Positions 59,984 through 61,928 of a stretch of 61,928 nucleotides of DNA are shown piece after piece. The DNA is from Thermoanaerobaculia bacterium. Its GTDB lineage: Bacteria > Acidobacteriota > Thermoanaerobaculia > Gp7-AA8. The notes under the pieces are model-generated. The model was not told the origin of the DNA, did no database searches, and saw only the letters and a program-made list of their open reading frames with translations. Every line of letters begins with the position of its first letter. Position 1 is the stretch's first letter. The stretch covers positions 1-61,928 of the forward strand of contig DASSMK010000245.1 in assembly GCA_035688915.1 (NCBI GenBank), written 5' to 3'. Position numbers and translations under genes: made by a program.

Positions 59984-60360
59984 TCGGGTGCGTGCTTGGA
60001 GTTCCCAACGTGCGCGCTGAGACCGTCAAGGATGCACACCGAGAGCTCCGAGGTGCGCACAATACACCTTCAACGATGCGCACATGACGCTTCAGTGTGC
60101 GCGCCGGCAGCTTCAAGCTGCGCGACGACAGCATCAAGGTGTGCCCTTGAGTCCTTCAACATGCCGCACAAACAGGTTCAACGTGTCTAACCAAGCGTGT
60201 CATCGTGCGCACCAAGCGTCGCGAGGTGCGTCGACAACAGCTTCAACGTGCGCACCGGTGAGCTTTCAAGGCACGACCGATAATCCTTGTAAACAACACC
60301 GAAGCTGCAATTGCGCACGTCTCGCGCGTTCAGCACACCTCGCCGGCCCGCCAAGGCAAC
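59984..60360. repeat. Array of about 17 contiguous degenerate 19-24-bp repeats (mean about 21-22 bp), consensus ..GCTTCAAC-GTGCGCAC
   Basis: Exact GTGCGCAC palindromes at 60053-60060, 60205-60212 and 60248-60255. One-mismatch copies at 60010, 60076, 60097 and 60311. CTTCAAC/CTTCAAG half-units at 60068, 60111, 60154 and 60241. The period varies, so no reading frame is maintained. Confidence 0.8.
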
Positions 60361-60405
60361 GGCTTGGCGGGCTGGCGATGCGGCGATTGAGCAGCGATTG
60401 TTGCG

Positions 60406-61928
60406 TTACCTGGCTTCCAGCTTCGCCAGACGATCGGCCAGCGCGGCGAGCTGCGCGCGCAGCTCATTGATCTCCTGATCCTTCTGCTGCAGCTTCGCGT
60501 CGAGCTCTTTCACCGCGGCAAGGCTCACGCTCGCCAGATCCTGCACGCCGATGCTCGTCTCGCTCGTCCCAAGATGGAACGCGCGGTAAAAGTCCTCGGC
60601 CATCGGACCGATGTGGCGCGCGCCGCGGCCTTCGGCGATGTAGTTCCACGTCGCCACGGGAACGGTGCGGAGACGCGCGAGCACATCGCTGCCGTCGACG
60701 TTGACGAAGTTCTCTTTCGTCAGGCGCGAAGAAGTGCAGTTGAACACGCCGGAGCCCGCGGGGAGATTGCAGCCGGTCGTGCCGCTGAGGTTCGTGCGGA
60801 AGCGGAAGCCGCCGGTGGCGCGCGCCGCGAATTCGTTGTTCGCGCTGTTCCGGAACGTGTCGGCGGAAGACGTCGCCGAGCCGTCGCTCCAGACGAACGT
60901 GCCGGTGAAGCCGTTGTTCGACGCGAACTTGCCCATGGCGGTGGTGTGATCCTGATCGGCGGTGACGTTGTAGCCGATCGCGACAGCCGCCAGGCCGTGG
61001 ATGTTGAAGCTGTCGGGATCGCACTTGCCGTTGATGAGCGGGCCGCCCGATTTCGCGTTGTTGCCGAGGGCGACGCCGTACGTGTCGCAGACGCGGTTGC
61101 CCGCGCCGGCGGAGAAACCGGCGGCGCCTTTCACTTGGTTGCCGCTGCCGAAGACGATGCTGCTCGTGCTCTCGGCCTGATTCGTGTCGCCGAACGCGAG
61201 CGCGTAGAGACCGATTGCGGTCGAATTGCTCCCGCCGGCCCAGGAGAAGAAGCCGACGTTCGCGTCATCCCATTCGGCATCTGCATAGCCGGAGCGGAAC
61301 GCGCCTTTGTACGAATCCCACGACGTGCGATAGCCCTTGCCCTGCATGGGGCTGACGCCGATGCCGAGGTTGCCGGTGGCGACGAAGCTGCCGTTCTGGA
61401 AGACCTTGAACCAGGCCGGCGTGTGGCCACCCGGGCCGCTGCAGCACGTCGAGCCGCCGCGCAGGTTGATCATCGCTGCGGTGCCGTTCGCGTCGCCGAC
61501 GGAAAGCTGTTCGGCGCCGGGAACGAACTTCACAAAGTTCGCATCGACGTATGCCTTGTTCGTGGCGTCGTTCGCGTTCACCGGGTTGGCGAGATTGGAG
61601 ATGGACGTGCCGGCCAGCGAGATGCCGGCGTTGAACGTGTTGAGCGCGGCCCAGGTGTTGGGAAGGTTGTGGCGCGCGAGGTTCACGGAGACGTGGCCGT
61701 CGCTGATCGTGCCGGTGGTGGCGGGGTCGTTGATGGCGGTGATGATGCTGGTGCCGGACGGGATCGATCCGGCGACGCCGTTGGCGGTGGTGAGCATCGA
61801 GCCGTCCGAGAAGATGATGCCGTTCTTGGTCAGGGTCGTCTGGCCGGCCACATTCGTTGCCGGAGTGGTGGGACGGTGCGCGGGCGCATCCGCCGCGAAG
61901 AGCGCTGCGGGGGAGAGAGAAACTGCAA
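60406..61928 (-). CDS. Secreted tail-fibre-like protein with a C-terminal intramolecular-chaperone (peptidase S74) domain and coiled coil; 5' end lies outside the window
   Basis: The frame is open to the window edge, where upstream codons read ...AVSLSPAALFAADAPAHRPTTPATN, the end of a signal peptide. Gly/Asn/Thr-rich beta-type repeats. C-terminal CTSSRLTKENFVNVDGSDVLARLRTVPVATWNY...GPMAEDFYRAF...LVAVKELDAKLQQKDQEINELRAQL. Confidence 0.8.
   Translation of the reverse strand, partial: AVSLSPAALFAADAPAHRPTTPATNVAGQTTLTKNGIIFSDGSMLTTANGVAGSIPSGTSIITAINDPATTGTISDGHVSVNLARHNLPNTWAALNTFNAGISLAGTSISNLANPVNANDATNKAYVDANFVKFVPGAEQLSVGDANGTAAMINLRGGSTCCSGPGGHTPAWFKVFQNGSFVATGNLGIGVSPMQGKGYRTSWDSYKGAFRSGYADAEWDDANVGFFSWAGGSNSTAIGLYALAFGDTNQAESTSSIVFGSGNQVKGAAGFSAGAGNRVCDTYGVALGNNAKSGGPLINGKCDPDSFNIHGLAAVAIGYNVTADQDHTTAMGKFASNNGFTGTFVWSDGSATSSADTFRNSANNEFAARATGGFRFRTNLSGTTGCNLPAGSGVFNCTSSRLTKENFVNVDGSDVLARLRTVPVATWNYIAEGRGARHIGPMAEDFYRAFHLGTSETSIGVQDLASVSLAAVKELDAKLQQKDQEINELRAQLAALADRLAKLEAR

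Noticed and set aside
60068-60255. AAC...GTGC within the repeats as EcoKI-like type I target sites for the adjacent HsdS
   Set aside because: AAC and GTGC are directly adjacent here, whereas EcoKI needs AAC(N6)GTGC. The specificity of this HsdS cannot be inferred from sequence alone.
59984-60360. CRISPR array
   Set aside because: The units are contiguous with no unique spacers, are only about 21 bp long and are degenerate, and no cas genes are present. The arrays at 11072-11307 and 34981-35116 are likewise spacer-less oligomer tandems.
59996-60470. ORFs 59996..60190 and 60084..60470 as heptad-repeat proteins encoded by the 21-bp repeats
   Set aside because: Unit length drifts between 19 and 24 bp, so no frame keeps the repeat. 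The translations are Cys/Ala/Arg-rich with no start context. They are better explained as non-coding DNA repeats.

Overview
Strongly GC-rich bacterial chromosomal segment (GC judged by eye, not computed). Taxon cannot be proven from the sequence; the gene content suggests a soil Acidobacteriota-like organism. I support about 45 protein-coding genes.

Core genes: rpsO-pnp; a phosphohexomutase; a fused E1 alpha/beta 2-oxoacid dehydrogenase; a selenocysteine-containing formate dehydrogenase cluster (fdhD, fdhA with UGA-Sec plus SECIS, Fe-S subunit, NrfD-like subunit); ridA; a matrixin protease; a DUF389 protein; an HK-RR-HK signalling cluster; pal; and a GAF-PAS-GGDEF-EAL protein.

Accessory or unusual content:
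1. A 7-kb secreted SpvB/TcB-RHS/TcC fusion polymorphic toxin. Its tip is a Gly-zipper TM region, a PT-HINT domain and a GH-E-like HNH nuclease, and an overlapping TPR immunity gene follows it.
2. A translationally coupled three-gene operon whose middle gene has a signal peptide followed by two in-frame UGA codons (U-P-A-U). This is a candidate diselenide or metal-binding selenoprotein.
3. A type I R-M island (hsdM-hsdS-hsdR). It is flanked by decayed genes, a PhyH-type dioxygenase, a frameshifted XRE regulator and an array of about 17 degenerate 21-22-bp repeats built around the palindrome GTGCGCAC. A secreted tail-fibre-like protein lies next to the array.
4. A 1254-aa patatin/cPLA2-like lipase whose catalytic dyad is split by a polytopic membrane insertion.
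5. A GH25 lysozyme inserted antisense between fdhA and the Fe-S subunit gene.
6. Two intergenic elements whose long inverted-repeat arms are tandem 7- or 8-mers.
7. A PNPase with a 135-aa RG/GGGN-rich tail.

No rRNA, intact tRNA, CRISPR array, transposase or integrase was seen. All family assignments come from motifs read by eye and need HMM or BLAST confirmation.
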